Made by a program: the position numbers and the translations under genes | Shown: positions 14,092 through 27,200 of the stretch, piece after piece | How the letters are laid out: each line of letters starts with the position of its first letter | Position numbering within the stretch: position 1 is the stretch's first letter | Notes under the pieces: generated by a model | Told to the model about the DNA's origin: nothing | What the model saw: the letters and a program-made list of their open reading frames with translations, nothing else | Database searches by the model: none | Source: Octopus vulgaris | Lineage: Eukaryota | Assembly: GCA_951406725.2 (NCBI GenBank) | Contig: OX597814.1 | Location: 186,124,001 to 186,188,000, forward strand | Length of the DNA: 64,000 bases | Reading direction: 5' to 3'

Positions 14092-14282
14092 TAGGTAGGG
14101 GTGTTAGCCTAACATAAACCCATTTTTACCTCTGTGGAAAGGTGGTCCATCTTAGTCCGGCCTCTATCCTTTCTCTTCTCTGCCATGGAAGGTCCTTCTA
14201 GGAAATTACACTCCACTGGCATAGCTCTCAGTGTCATCGAGATACACAAGCCACCAGACCATGGCAAGAACTGGACCACACG
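14092..14282 (-). mobile_element. RTE/BovB-type 5'-UTR-derived repeat
   Basis: Minus strand CTTGCCATGGTCTGGTGGCTTGTGTATCTCGATGACACTGAGAGCTATGCC resembles RTE 5' UTRs. Homologous to 58895-59081. Confidence 0.65.
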
Positions 14283-15474
14283 GTAGTTGGTACATGGTAC
14301 TACATGACAAATCAAATCCATGTAGTGTTTGTTCATTTCCTAATCATAAAACTAAACATTTTCTAAAAGAGATGGCAGCATTCATGCTTTCTCCAGAGGA
14401 ATTAACACTGTAAATTATTTGAAATGGGGATTGCATTTCAGTTAAAACCAGATTGTTGTGACAGCTTATCAGGAGCTTGTTTACTCTACATTACAGCACT
14501 TTGGCACCTCAATATAATAATAGCCATTAATAGTAGCTCGGTTTATGACTGAACAGATTATAGGATCTGTTGCTTTCATCTTTGTATTTTGTATTGTTGT
14601 TGCTGTGGTTGTGGTTGTTATGTAGGTAATTACTTTCTTTCAATTTAATTTTATCTATAATTGTATGTATGTGGGAGTGTTTACGTGTGTATATGTGTGT
14701 GTGCATGAGTGCAGGTGCTTATATGCGTATGCACCCATCCACTATTCCTTTCAACATCTACTATTCTCTGTTGTCGTCTCCCCTACTTAGTTCCATATCC
14801 ACTTAACCGTGTCTTTTAATCAATATACTAAAATGCAGTTATTTGTGAATAATGTCTGCTGATCACTTTCATGCAGCAGCTTTGCAGACATTTAATGTTA
14901 GATATACAACTGAACTAAAGAAATCATTTCCTTTATTTGCAACATATTTTATCACCAATGGAATTCAATTTGTTCAGATTTATTCAAATTAACCACAATC
15001 CAATACAGTAGCATATTTCAAAGATTGCAGAATAATGCTACCTAGATGTTGAGTTAATTCCAGGTCACTCACATGTTCATTATAATAATACTCACACACA
15101 TATATAAGGTAAATATACCTGCATATCTATATTCATATAATAAATATATATGGTATTTAACAACACATACACACACACATATATATATATTCTTTTATTC
15201 TTTTACTTGTTTTAGTTAAAATATTGCCATGCAAGGATACCATTTTGGAGGATTTATTCAAACAAATAGACCCCAGTATATTAAGTAGAAATGGATACAC
15301 TAGCTGTGCAACGCTTTATATTTTTCTGCATTCTGTGTATACTTATAAATAGAATAGTTGATATACACGTGTGGGGGAGGATGTGTGTGTGTGTGTGATT
15401 AGTCATCTAGGTTAGTATTGTATAGAAATTTGCATAGAACTATCTAAGAAATACATTTCAACAAGCTTTTTGTA

Positions 15475-15672
15475 CTTTCGTTTTTGGATTTGGTTTGCAA
15501 ATTCTTTATATGAGTTCGTGTGTTGAAGCATATTCTGTTGTGTCTGGGGAGAGTCATTTTCTTTTTGTACCTAATAATGTAACACACTCACCGGTAAAAT
15601 TTCCACTTATTTTTTATTTTTATTTTTCTAAAATTTTCGTTGCGTCTTGCAACCTTTCCAATAGTCTTGACT
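15475..15672 (-). mobile_element. Family F Penelope-like terminal repeat
   Basis: Uninverted copy of the sequence at 8087 and 30028. Hammerhead-like motif at 15628-15664 on the minus strand. Confidence 0.65.
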
Positions 15673-16086
15673 CATTTTTTAATTTAGTTTAAATTTATCT
15701 GGCATTTTCTAATACACACTATATTGTACATAAGCATTTGTTCTTTGATCAAGCTACTAAGAATATACACACATATATGGGCACTGGCATGGCTATATGG
15801 TTAAATCCACACATAAGTCTTTGATTAGACTGGGGCTATAGTTAGAAGACACTTACCCAAGTTGCCACACAGTGGAGCTGAACCCAGAATCATGTGGTAG
15901 GGAAGCAAACTTCTTACCATATAACCACGTCTGCACCTATAAAAGAGAATTGGGTATAATATTATATAAAAAAAAATATTTCCTGTATTCAACAAAAGAT
16001 CTATTTTCATTGCCGGCCAAATCCTGGTGTGGTAGCATTCAGTAACTATCGCTTCCTCACACTTGACAATAAATTTTGCATCATAG

Positions 16087-16297
16087 TACTGTAATCCCTC
16101 GCCTATCACTGTTTATTATATAAGCTTATGTCGATTCCTCTATGGTGTTGTTTTGCGATTATGATAAAACAAATATATACAAATTATGAAAATAATTTTT
16201 AAAATATACAGTACAGTATTGTTTCTACTTTGCAGATTTTCACCTATCACAGAGGGTTTTGGAACGTAACACCTGTGATAGTTGAGGGATTACTGTA
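16087..16297. mobile_element. Tigger/pogo-type MITE
   Basis: TIRs TACTGTAATCCCTCGCCTATCAC and GTGATAGTTGAGGGATTACTGTA (20/23 match) with flanking TA. Subterminal GGAACGTAAC is typical of Tigger. Confidence 0.75.
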
Positions 16298-16448
16298 ATA
16301 TTCTTATATAAAAACATAACTATTTATGGATACAGTTATTGTTTCCACAACAATATGATACTGGAATCTTTTTAATATTAGAAACATTGAACAATATCAT
16401 GATCAGTATTCTGAAAATATTCTCCTGAAATGATAAATTTTGTAGGTC

Positions 16449-16484
<36 letters not shown>

Positions 16485-16495
16485 CATTATTATTA

Positions 16496-16526
<31 letters not shown>

Positions 16527-16549
16527 TTTATTTTTTTGAACTCAGAGCA

Positions 16550-16890
16550 TAAAGTTCTGAGTTCAAATTCTGCCAAGGTTGACTTTGCTTTTCATCCTGT
16601 TGGAGTGGATAAAATAGGTACCAGTTAAGCACTGGGGTCGATATAATCGACTAGTCCCTTCCCACAAAATTTTAGGTCTTGTGCTTTTAGTAGAAGGGAT
16701 CATGATTATTGCTATTATTATTATTATTATTATTATTATTGATTTCAAATTTTGGCTTAATTCAAATTCTACTGAGATCAATTTTCCTTTTCATCGTTCT
16801 AGAGTCAATAAAATAAGTACCAGTTGCTCACTGGGGTCAATATAATTGACTAACCCCTTCTCCCCAACAATTTTAGGCTTTGTGCATAAA
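16550..16890 (+). mobile_element. Two 5'-truncated family C (Meta-core-like) SINE copies with (ATT)n tails
   Basis: GAGTTCAAATTC..AAGGTTGACTTTGCTTTTCATCC..AAAATAGGTACCAGTT core. Confidence 0.75.
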
Positions 16891-17624
16891 TTATTATTAA
16901 ATTGAGCACTAACTTTCATTAAAGCAGCTTTGTGTGTGTGTCTGTAGATCCAACAGGATTGGATATCTAATTTTTATAAGGTGGAGGGTTGGAAACTATT
17001 CTGCTTTAGCCATGTACTATGCAAATACATTTGAAGGATATTTCAACATTAAATATAGAAATACATTTCTAAACTTATCTAAGTAAAAATATTTTCTCAT
17101 TTGGATAATGTGAAATATCTAATGTCCTCAATAGCAATAATCATTAAATTCCTCTTTCTAGAAAACAAATATAGGCCTCATAATAATGCAATAAGAATAT
17201 AAATAACCACCAATATTGTTATTTACAATAAGATTCTTATTCAATTCCACAGAAGACACGTAAGCAACTTCCACTCTTCACATAGAAACACATCTATTCT
17301 GAAGATGGTTATTTACAGATTATTATAAAGGAAGCAATTTTTATTGTGTTTTAGAGGACACTAACACCGACAAAGCATAGTATGTTTGGTTGTACTAAAA
17401 CATAGCCAATTGTTTTGAAGTAGGCTACTTCTGCCCAACAATAATTACACATCAGCTCAGGTATTAACCCTACGCACACGTACAATGTTATCTATATGTT
17501 CATATGTTTTAACACAGATTGTGTTTATAATGCAGAACTTAATATATTCCTGCTAGTCAACTTCAATACAGCAGAGGAGAAATAATCAAGTTTTCATAAC
17601 AACAATAAGAAACAGAAGAAGAAT

Positions 17625-18222
17625 GGTTTCAAATTTTAGCACATGGCCAGCAATTTCAGGAGTAGGTACAAAGTCGATTACATTGACTCCAAAAGTATGA
17701 AAAGTAAAGCCAATCCCAGTGGCATTTGGAATCAGAACATAAAGACAAAAGAAACACCACTAAGAATTTTTCCTGGTACTGTAACAAGTCTTATTTCTTT
17801 ACTGCCCACAAAGGGTTACACACAGAGGGGACAAACAAGGACAGACAAACGGATTAAGTCAATTATATCGACTCCAGTGCATAACTGGTACTTAATTTAT
17901 CGACCCCGAAAGGATGATAGGCAAAGTTGACCTTGGTAGAATTTGAACTCAGAACGTAAAGACAGACGAAATACCTATTTCTTTACTACCTACAAGGGGC
18001 TAAACACTGAGAGAACAAACAAGGACAGACAAATGGATTAAGTCGATTATATCGACCCCAGTGCGTAACTGGTACTTAATTTATCAACCCCGAAAGGATG
18101 ATAGGCAAAGTTGACCTTGGTGGAATTTGAACTCAGAACGTAAAGACAGACAAAATGCCGGTAAGCATTTCGCCTGGTGTGCTAATGTTTCTGCCAGCTC
18201 GCCGACTGCCAGCTCAACACCT
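17625..18222 (-). mobile_element. Nested/tandem trio of family C SINEs
   Basis: Two young bodies (17790-17975 and 17976-18205) inside an older short variant. Confidence 0.85.
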
Positions 18223-18241
18223 TCATATAATAATAATAATA

Positions 18242-18645
18242 ATAATTGACCCATCATGCCCATTTGATTCCAGGATTGTAAAGAAAGAGGAAGAAAAACA
18301 AAAAAAAATACAATTCCTTAAAATTTGAAATAGGAAGAATTCAGAGAATTTGAAATAGGAGGAATCTGGAGAACAGTAAAAGTTGTGCCTATAATAACTG
18401 GTGCATTGGAAACAGAAAGCCAAGATATAGACAAATGGCTGAAGGAGATTGAAATAGAATGCCCGGTAGAACTCCCACAGAAGGTTTGTCTCTTAGGGAC
18501 AGCAAGGATTATCAGGAGGGTTCTAAGTACTTGAAAGACTGCTGAAAACTAGGGGATACCTAAGGTTACAGTAATAACCCGCTACCCACATAAATCCTTC
18601 CAGGAATAAGACTGAACCTGAGCCAAACCAAAATAATAATAATAA
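18242..18645 (+). mobile_element. 5'-truncated Dong/R4-type LINE: C-terminal restriction-like endonuclease remnant plus 3' UTR
   Basis: With two frameshifts it translates as IIDPSCPFDSRIVKKEEEK..KY..L..EI..IWRTVKVVPIITGALET...QKVCLLGTARIIRRVLST* (stop 18532-18534). Flanked by (TAA)n on both sides. Confidence 0.85.
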
Positions 18646-18862
18646 TTCTTTCTACTATAAGTTTAAGGCCTAGAATTTTGGGGCTGGGGGCTGGTCAATT
18701 ACATCAACTCCAATATTCAACTGGTACTTATTTTATTAACTCCAAAGAGGATGCAAGGCAAAATCAACCCAAACAGTATTTGAACTCAGAACGTAAAGAC
18801 AGAAGAAATGCCACTAAGCATTTTGTCCAGTATTGCTAACAATTCTTCCTGCTCACTGCCTT
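18646..18862 (-). mobile_element. Family C SINE, older short variant
   Basis: Core ACTGGTACTTATTTT..AAGGCAAAATCAACC..TTTGAACTCAGAACG. Confidence 0.75.
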
Positions 18863-19038
18863 CGTATAATAAGAACAATAATAGCAACAATAACAACAAC
18901 AACAACAAAAACAATAATGATAACAAAGAACCACTGAAACATTTGAAGAAATATCTAGAAAATGTTGAAGACTCATTGAAAGTATTTGGTTTGGAGACAT
19001 TAATTACATTTAATACATACACATATATATAAATATAC

Positions 19039-19105
<67 letters not shown>

Positions 19106-19599
19106 CATACACATGCACATATATTCATATGTTAGTACACACACAAGCCCACACATATGAAATATACTTTTGGAACATTAACTATCTAATTATGAGGAAT
19201 CAAAATAGCTAAGTATAATTATTGGTTTGAACTCTTTCAAAGCACTTGAATTGGTATTCCCTAATTGGTGCTATAGTATATCAGTGGGCAAACCAAAGAA
19301 TTCTTTCAGCTTCAATTTGCCTCACTACAGTTATGTCTAAAGAAATTGACTACTTTATAAATACAGCACAGATTACACTGCTTCATTGACAAATTGTTTG
19401 CTAGTTCACTACACTGTTTAGCTGGGCCTTATTTGCATACAGTTGTTTACCAAGCCATACAGTTGCTGAAACTGTTAGAGTTGATAGAAAAATTATCTTT
19501 TAATCACATGTTTCAGTCTTAAGGAAGGATACTTTGGAAGATGTAGTTCCTGGTATACAAGAGTCTGATCATAGCTGGAATGACTTTGGTCATGTCTGC

Positions 19600-20636
19600 T
19601 TAACCCCTTCAGATTCAAATTATTCTGTCAAGTGTAAAGCTTATTTATTCACATTATTTTGGATTATCATCATCATCATCATCATCGTTTAACATCCGTT
19701 TTCCATGCCAGCATGGCTTGGACGGTTTGACTGGGGTCTGGGAAGCCAGGAGGCTACACCAGGCTCCAGTCTGATCTGGCAGTGTTTCTACAGCTGGATG
19801 CCCTTCCTAATGCCAACCACTCCGTGAGTGTAGAGGGTACTTTTTACGTGCCACCGGCACAGGGGCCAGAGGAGGCTGGCAATGGCCACGATCAGTTGGT
19901 GCTTTTTATGTACCACCAGCACAGAAGCCAGTCAAGGTGGTGCTCGCATCAGCCACGTTCGGATCGTGCTCTTTACGTGCCACCAGCATGGGTATCACAG
20001 CTACAATTTCCACTTGATTTTTATTTTGATGTTGATGTACTTGACTCAATAGGTTTCCTCAAGCACATCAGGTTGCCCTACGAGCCAAGGTAAGCACAGC
20101 AGGCCGTCCTGCAATTCAAGGTACTTTGGATGGGCTGGGGCTGCTGTGTGAAACTGGTGCAGGAAACAGCAATGAACTCACATCATTTGTCAGGTCTCAG
20201 CATATCTCCAGAGATCTCAGTCTTTCGTCATTGCCTCTGTGAGGCCCAACGTTCGAAGGTCATGCTTGACCACCTCATCCCATGTCTTCCTGGGTCTACC
20301 TCTACCCTGGATTCCTTCAGCTGTTTGGGAGTGGCACTTGTTCACACATCTCTCCTCATCTATCCGTAGTACATGACAATACCAGCGTAAATGTCTCTCT
20401 TGCACACCACATCCGATGCTTCTTATGTCCAGCATTTCTCTCAGGGCACTTACACTCTGTTGTGTGTGCACACTGAATTGGGTATTATCTCATAGCTTTG
20501 AGATTTCAATGGTGTGATTGTTTATTTTTAGAATGGCATTGTAGGGTAGGTGTGAGAGGCCAGATATGGCCAGTTTAAACATAAAACCAGTAGAATGTTC
20601 AGGCCAGATACAACTTGTTTATATGCTAAAAGCTAA
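19600..20636. mobile_element. Family G piggyBac-type (TTAA) MITE interrupted by an RTE insertion
   Basis: TTAACCCCTT start and ATGCTAAAAGCTAA end. The two halves match the intact copy at 54929-55157. Confidence 0.7.
19665..20472 (-). mobile_element. 5'-truncated RTE LINE (ORF C-terminus plus family A 3' UTR)
   Basis: ORF 20217-20471 reads LRWYCHVLRIDEER..GRGRPRKTWDEVVKHDL, the RTE C-terminal signature. It is followed by family A sequence and (GAT)n. Confidence 0.92.
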
Positions 20637-21139
20637 TCAGGGATGACCTGTAGCCAAGCAACAACTATTTACATACATGTGCATGTGTGTCTATATCATC
20701 ATGAGGATTCTCTGACCACAGTAAAAACTATATCAGTGATTCTCTAAATACATATACTTCTACTGAAAATTGGTGATTACTGTCTGTGCATTAGTCTCTT
20801 TGTATTAAATCATCTACAAGCTTCATGATGAATGATCATACTTAATATTGGGTGACAGCCAACACAACAAAATAAAAGATAATTTGAGAGTATGGACTAG
20901 AAAGACTGTCTAATCTTTAGATTGAATGTCTAAACTGTGAAGATATATTATTCATATTTCAAGATAGCATTAATCTTCAGTTATCTGTTTAAATAGAGCT
21001 ATGGATGAAGACATGGGAAGAATTTTAAGTAAAACATGATTAGGAGTATTATTGTTTTGATACATTCCTATACAAATTCATGAATAACCATCTGCTATTT
21101 GATAGGATATACCATCATCATTGCTTTAATTTTTTTTTT

Positions 21140-21327
21140 AACTTGTTTCAGTCATTTGACTGTGGCCATGCTGGAGCACTGCCTTTAGTCGAGCAAGTCA
21201 ACCCCAGGACTTATTCTTCGTAAGCCTAGTACTTATTCTATCGGTCTTTTTTGCCAAACCGCTAAGTTACGGGGACGTAAACACACCACCATCGGTTGTC
21301 AAGCGATGTTAGAGGGACAAACTCACA

Positions 21328-21371
<44 letters not shown>

Positions 21372-21533
21372 ACAGAATTCTTTCAGTTTCCATCTATCAA
21401 ATCCACTCACAAGGCTTTGGTCGGCCTAAGGCTACAGTAGAAGACACTTGCCCAAGGTGCCATGCAGTGGGAATGAACCCGGAACCATGTGGTCGGTAAA
21501 CAAGCTACTGACCACACAGCCACTCCCGCACCT
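21140..21533 (-). mobile_element. Family B SINE, full length
   Basis: Colinear with other copies; expanded internal (TA)n. Confidence 0.9.
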
Positions 21534-21807
21534 ATAATGTTCACTTTTTCATGCTCATATGGGTTGGATAGAATTTGTTGAGCAGGATTTTTTACAGATG
21601 GATGCTGTTCCTATCAACCCTCACCTGTTTGCAAGTAAGGTAACATTTCTGGTCATATATTCCTATGACCAGACATTATTTCCATGGAAGATTGGAAATG
21701 AAGGGGACATCACTTGCATGACAGAGGGCACAACAGAGAACCCCCATTTTACAGCTATCACATGAAGTCAAGGAAAGGAGACGGTAACATGTACATATAC
21801 ATACATG

Positions 21808-22478
21808 ATGGCTGCCCCCTCGTTATCGAGTATGGCCATTGCACAAGGCTTAACTGTTATTGGTGCTGTGATCGAATGTGAATTTTATTTGCTTTTTAAG
21901 GCTACAGTCAGTCATTCAGTTGAGACTCACAGCACCATCAACAATCATGAACAATGTTGTTATCGTGCAATGCCTGTGCAAGATTTTTTTTTTAAGTGAG
22001 GAAAGGCTGTGCACTGAGTCAATCCCACTCACTAAGCAACAGCAGCCATAATCCGAAAAGAAGAACAAGTCAACATCATCGGTAACCACTGAGCCGCAGG
22101 TTTCATGTCGGAGTTATCCCAGTTACCTGAGTTACCTTCTCCTAGAAGGATGCCCTAACAAGAGCTAGGAGTCCTTCACTTCCAATGGTTTAACCGCGCG
22201 ATCAGGTATTCAGTCCGATTATTTCCATGTCCCCACGCATGATACAGCCTTAAGCCTTAAGAAAAAAAATAATTACACATTTATTGGGTGACCATTGACT
22301 CCCAAGAGTTCCTCCGCCCTTTGACAGGTTTTGTTTTTCATCCCACAGGGTGTCCGATAAACATCCTCCTCACCAAGCAAGCTTGGTGGGTTTGCCGGTT
22401 TAGTCGCCGACGGCCCGACCATGCAACAGGTTGTACTGGGTTACATGTTACCAGTAGCACTCGAAAGTGATCTGATAC
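21808..22478 (-). mobile_element. CpG-rich interspersed element, probably a non-autonomous RTE derivative
   Basis: GC/CpG-rich island between TACA-rich flanks. Its minus-strand CATGGTCGGGCCGTCGGCGACTAAACCGGC has a diverged match at 4945-4974 (+). Confidence 0.45.
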
Positions 22479-23659
22479 ATACGTACATACACACACACAC
22501 ACACGCACACACACATACACACACATACATACATAGTCTTCTTTCTGTTTCCATCTTCCATCTACCAAATCCTCTCATATGTCTTTGGTCAGCCTGGAGC
22601 TACAGCAGTAGACGCTTGACTAAAATGTCATGCTGTGAGATTGAACCCAGGACCATGTGGTTGGGAAGTAAACTTTTTTACCACACAACCAGCACCTTTG
22701 CCTAGCCTCGTCAGTACCTCAGGTACATAGTCTCAAATACTTGGATCATAAGGCAGTGATATATAAGTTTAATTTTGCCTCTCTACATACAAGAACTCTA
22801 CAGTATTCTTGAAAATCATTACTGAACATTCTTCATTAACTAAAGTTGAGAACTAAATCAAGGATAGAAAGCACATCGTTCCATCTAATTGAAAATAATT
22901 CCTTAAAAAGGAAAAAAATGTGAGATCTCATTTCCTCTTTCCTAATATAAATTTTATAGTGATGGATTATCCCGTTCAAAATCTCATTAAAACTTGGACT
23001 TATTTGAAATAATGTTGCAATTAGTGAAACCTCTGAGGTGTTAACTTCAAAGCAGTTGAGCACCTGACTAAAACTAACTCTGGAAATTCTTTACGAAGAT
23101 TCATTTGTATTATGACCTTTGTCTTCATATAGTCACTCTTAGCTCATCCTTTCTAAAATAAGTATATTTTTAAAAATTTTATACGAAAAAAAATTGAGCT
23201 GAAAGAAATAACTAAAAGAAACCAAAGCCATGGACTTAGGAAAATCAAGTACATCCGTACCGAATGATGGACGCAAAAAATTCTTAATGAATTGAAATTT
23301 CACTCTTTGTTGAAAAAAAAAATAAATAAAAACTCTGTGGCATTTATTAGATTCACAATGAAAAATGTTGATAATTTCAATAGATTAAGATTTAATTTTA
23401 AAAAATTGGGCTTAAGCTGAAGCTTAAGGGGAAAAAATCTGATCTTTGATCGCAGTAGTGACAGTAATGGACATGTTAATTAAATTTTTTTCCCCCGCTT
23501 TTATGTGTTTCAGTCTGCGGCCAATTTACTGAAATTATCTCCCCCTTTCTTTCTGATTCACAGATGAATGCTACTACATTTGCGTTGTCTCTCTCCCATT
23601 ATGAGGAAAATTTCAAAGCCTACAGAGTACGTTCATAGATTAAATTAAGTAATTTCTCC

Positions 23660-23992
23660 TTAATCCTTTTAGCTTTCAGATTTCTTTGTCAAATGTAATG
23701 CTTATTTATTCACATTGTTTTGAAGTAATTATGCATTATCTTGTAGCGTTGAAATTTCAATTATAGGATTGTTTACTTTTAGAATGACATTGTAAGGTAT
23801 GTATGGGAGACTGTCTTTGGCCAGTTTGGAGTGGCTGTGTGGTAAGTCGCTAGCTTACAAACCATATGATTCCGGGTTCGGTCCTACTGCATAGCACCTT
23901 GGGCAAGTGTCTTCTACTATAGCTTTGGGTCAACCAAAGCCTTGTGAGTGGATTTAGTAGACAGAAATTGAAAGAAGCCCGTCGTATATATG

Positions 23993-24055
<63 letters not shown>

Positions 24056-24320
24056 TTGTGTGTCTGTGTTTGTACCACCCCAACATCGCTTGAAAACCAA
24101 TGCTGATGTGTTTACGTACCCCGTAACTTAGCAGTTCGGCAAAAGAGACCAATAGAATAAGTGCTAGGCTTACAAAGTCCTGAGGTCTATTTGCTCGACT
24201 AAAGGCGGTGCTCCAGCATGGCCACAGTAAAATGACTGAAATAAGTAAAAGTAAATATATTCTTTTTAAAAAAAAAAGTATTTTGGCTGGACATAGCCAG
24301 TTTAAATGCTAAAAGGTTAA
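23660..24320. mobile_element. Family G TTAA MITE interrupted by a family B SINE
   Basis: TTAATCCTTTTAGC ... GCTAAAAGGTTAA termini. Confidence 0.8.
23828..24253 (+). mobile_element. Family B SINE nested in the MITE
   Basis: GGAGTGGCTGTGTGGTAAG..GGTTCGGTCC..GAAATAAGTAAAAG. Confidence 0.9.
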
Positions 24321-24672
24321 TTTAAATTTATTTTTATTATCATGTAAATTACTGCTTGTCAAAAGTTATTAATAACCATTTTTCTATGTCAAAAACTGTG
24401 TTTATTGATCAAGCAGATAAATGTTGGTTACGCTTCACTGATAAGGTCTAATATCTGTTCCAGTCATTGTCTTAACTAACAAAGATCAGATTTTCCTTTA
24501 AGAATAAGCCGGTGTATTTGGATGATTGAGAAGCTTTCTTCATAACCATGTGGTCTCAGATTCTGTCCCACTGCATGGCACCTTGGACAAATGTCTTCTA
24601 CTGTAGCCCTGGGCCAACCAAAGCCTTGTGAAGGGATTTGATAGGTGGAAACTGAAAGCGCCCATTGTATGT

Positions 24673-24716
<44 letters not shown>

Positions 24717-25310
24717 AGTATAAGAATGTGCATTGTCTGTTTAATTGAAAAATCCTATCTGTGGCTGAAGATTGCTCGACATTTTAAAATTGATATAATA
24801 CTTACAGTGTTTAATAAAATAAAGTAGCATGAAACAACTGTACAACTCTACCTTGGATATCCTTACTGCTTATTTTGATTATAATCACCCCATTTGATTT
24901 ATATGGATAATACCATACAAAATTCTGGTGCCTTTAACTGAAGTACCATATTCATCTGAATCTAAATTTTGCTAAACTTATATATATATATAGATGTCTA
25001 TGTTTATGTATGTGTTTGTATGTACCTGTGTCTAGACGTCATGTGATTGCTGTGAATGAGCATCATCCTCATCCAAGTGATATTGTTTGTCTCCAGTCAT
25101 CTGTGAAAAATGTATTTAGCAATGGGGACAATATTACCTTGCTTAGAAATAGATAATGGTTGGCAACAGGAAGGGCATCCACCTGTAGAAAATCTGCCTC
25201 AACAAATTCTGTCTAACCCATACAAGCAGGGAAAAGTTGGCCATTGAATAATGTTGAAAAATAATAATGAATGAGAATTTATAAAACATTATTAATTATT
25301 ATCTTATTGT

Positions 25311-25430
25311 GAAGGCACATGGCCTAGTGGTTAGGGTGTTACACTCAGGATTGCCAGATCTTGGTTCGATTCCCAGATCAGGCAGTGTGTTGTGTTCTTG
25401 AGCTAAACACTTCATTTTACATTGCTCTCG
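25311..25430 (+). mobile_element. Family E SINE head, fused to unrelated downstream sequence
   Basis: TGGCCTAGTGG A-box, GGTTCGATTCC B-box, then GTGTTCTTGAGCTAAACACTTCATTTT. Confidence 0.8.
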
Positions 25431-26732
25431 TGCTGTGTGAGGACCGGCATACCAAAAACAAACCCGTTTCCTGTGCATGTCAAAAAAGGTGAGTAAATGA
25501 AGTCGAGGCAAGATTTGCACTCTGACCTTGTGAAACCCTCACCAGTAATAACTAACCAAACAGACCCATGAGTTAGCGGGTCATCACTTGAGTGGAACAA
25601 AGCTGTTATCTACCAGGAGTAAAGAATTTCAAACAAATGGTGGATGCAGTAAAGCGTTCTTACAGCGCATGCCCCCATACTTCTAGTACTTATTGAAATT
25701 ATCTTCCTTTTTCTTTATAAGTGAACAATGAATGAATGCCACAAGATCTGGCCAGTTTGAGCATAAAGTAGGTAGAATATTTGAGCCAGAAATGGCTGGC
25801 TTAAATTCTAAAGGGCTAAGTAACTACTTAGAGGATTCCTTGATAGGTCATAAGCTATTGACCTTCTAACATCAATGATGATCAACATTCCAGCTATAAA
25901 TATTCCATATTTTATTTAAACAGTGTACTGAAACTACATTATTGACTGTATCCAGAATTTTTGAGAGACAATAGTATGTGATTTCGGAGTGATTTGACTG
26001 TTATTTCTAGCAGTTTGTGGCAACAATACAGAGGTTCCTTCTTTTAGCTTGAATGGTAGCTTGAAACCAGAGTTGTATACTGAGGGTGTGTCACTGAAAC
26101 ACACATTGACACTATTTCTATCTGCTTTATTTTTGGTTGGGCAAAATTTCAAGATTCTCTGTTTTGAGAAGTGTGTTGAACATTATTAACAAAAACAGGT
26201 AAATGTATATAAGCTGTATAATATAATCACATAAAGAAACAGATATAAACACATGTATATAAGTGAAACCTTGTATAAAGTATTAAGTTAGTGCAGATGG
26301 TATGAAAATCAAAATTAGATAATAATTATGTTCTGAAGAAAAGACAATGTTAGGTAGGAAATTAGTATTATTTTTAATTATTCTAGTTAAAACAACAGAC
26401 AACTCTGGATATATTTCAGTCTTATTAGACCTCCGTGGAATGTAAAATCTACTCTCAATATCATCATCATCATCATCATCATTTTAGCATCCACTTTTCC
26501 ATGCTTGTATGGGTTGGAATGAAGTTTATTGAAGCAGAAGCTCTTCCTGTTGCGAAACCGCAACTGTTTCTGAGCAAAGTAATATTTTCTCATGGCCCAG
26601 ACATGTTTTTTTAGGAAAATACTGGAAAGGAATCCTTGTCATTTACAACAATTATGCAATGAAAAGACAAAGAGACACAAGCATACTTCACACTTACAAG
26701 TGCACACGCGCGCGCGCACACACACACACACA

Positions 26733-27200
26733 CTCTATATTCTTTTATTCTTTTGCTTGTTTCAGTCATTTGACTGTGGCCAAGCTGAAGCAAGATTCTT
26801 TTAGTCAAAGAAATCAACCCCAGGACTTATTCTTCATAAACCTAGTACTTATTCTATCAGTACCTTTTGCTGAACTGCTAGGTTACAGGGATGTAAACAC
26901 AACATCAGCTGTCAAGTGATGGGGAGGGAGCAAAAGACACAAAGATACACACGCACATACATAAATAGACACATGTATATATATATATAAATACATATAT
27001 ATATATATAGAGAGAGAGAGATGTATATATATAAACGACAGGCCTCTTTCAGTTTCTGTCTACCAGATCCACTCACAAGGCTTTGGTCAGCCCGAGGCTA
27101 TTGTAGGAGACACTTGCCCAAAGTGCCTCACAGTGGGACTGAACATGGAACCATGTGGTTGGGAGCCATGTTTCTTACCACACAGCCACCCCTGCACCTA
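26733..27200 (-). mobile_element. Family B SINE, diverged
   Basis: Colinear with other copies. Confidence 0.85.
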
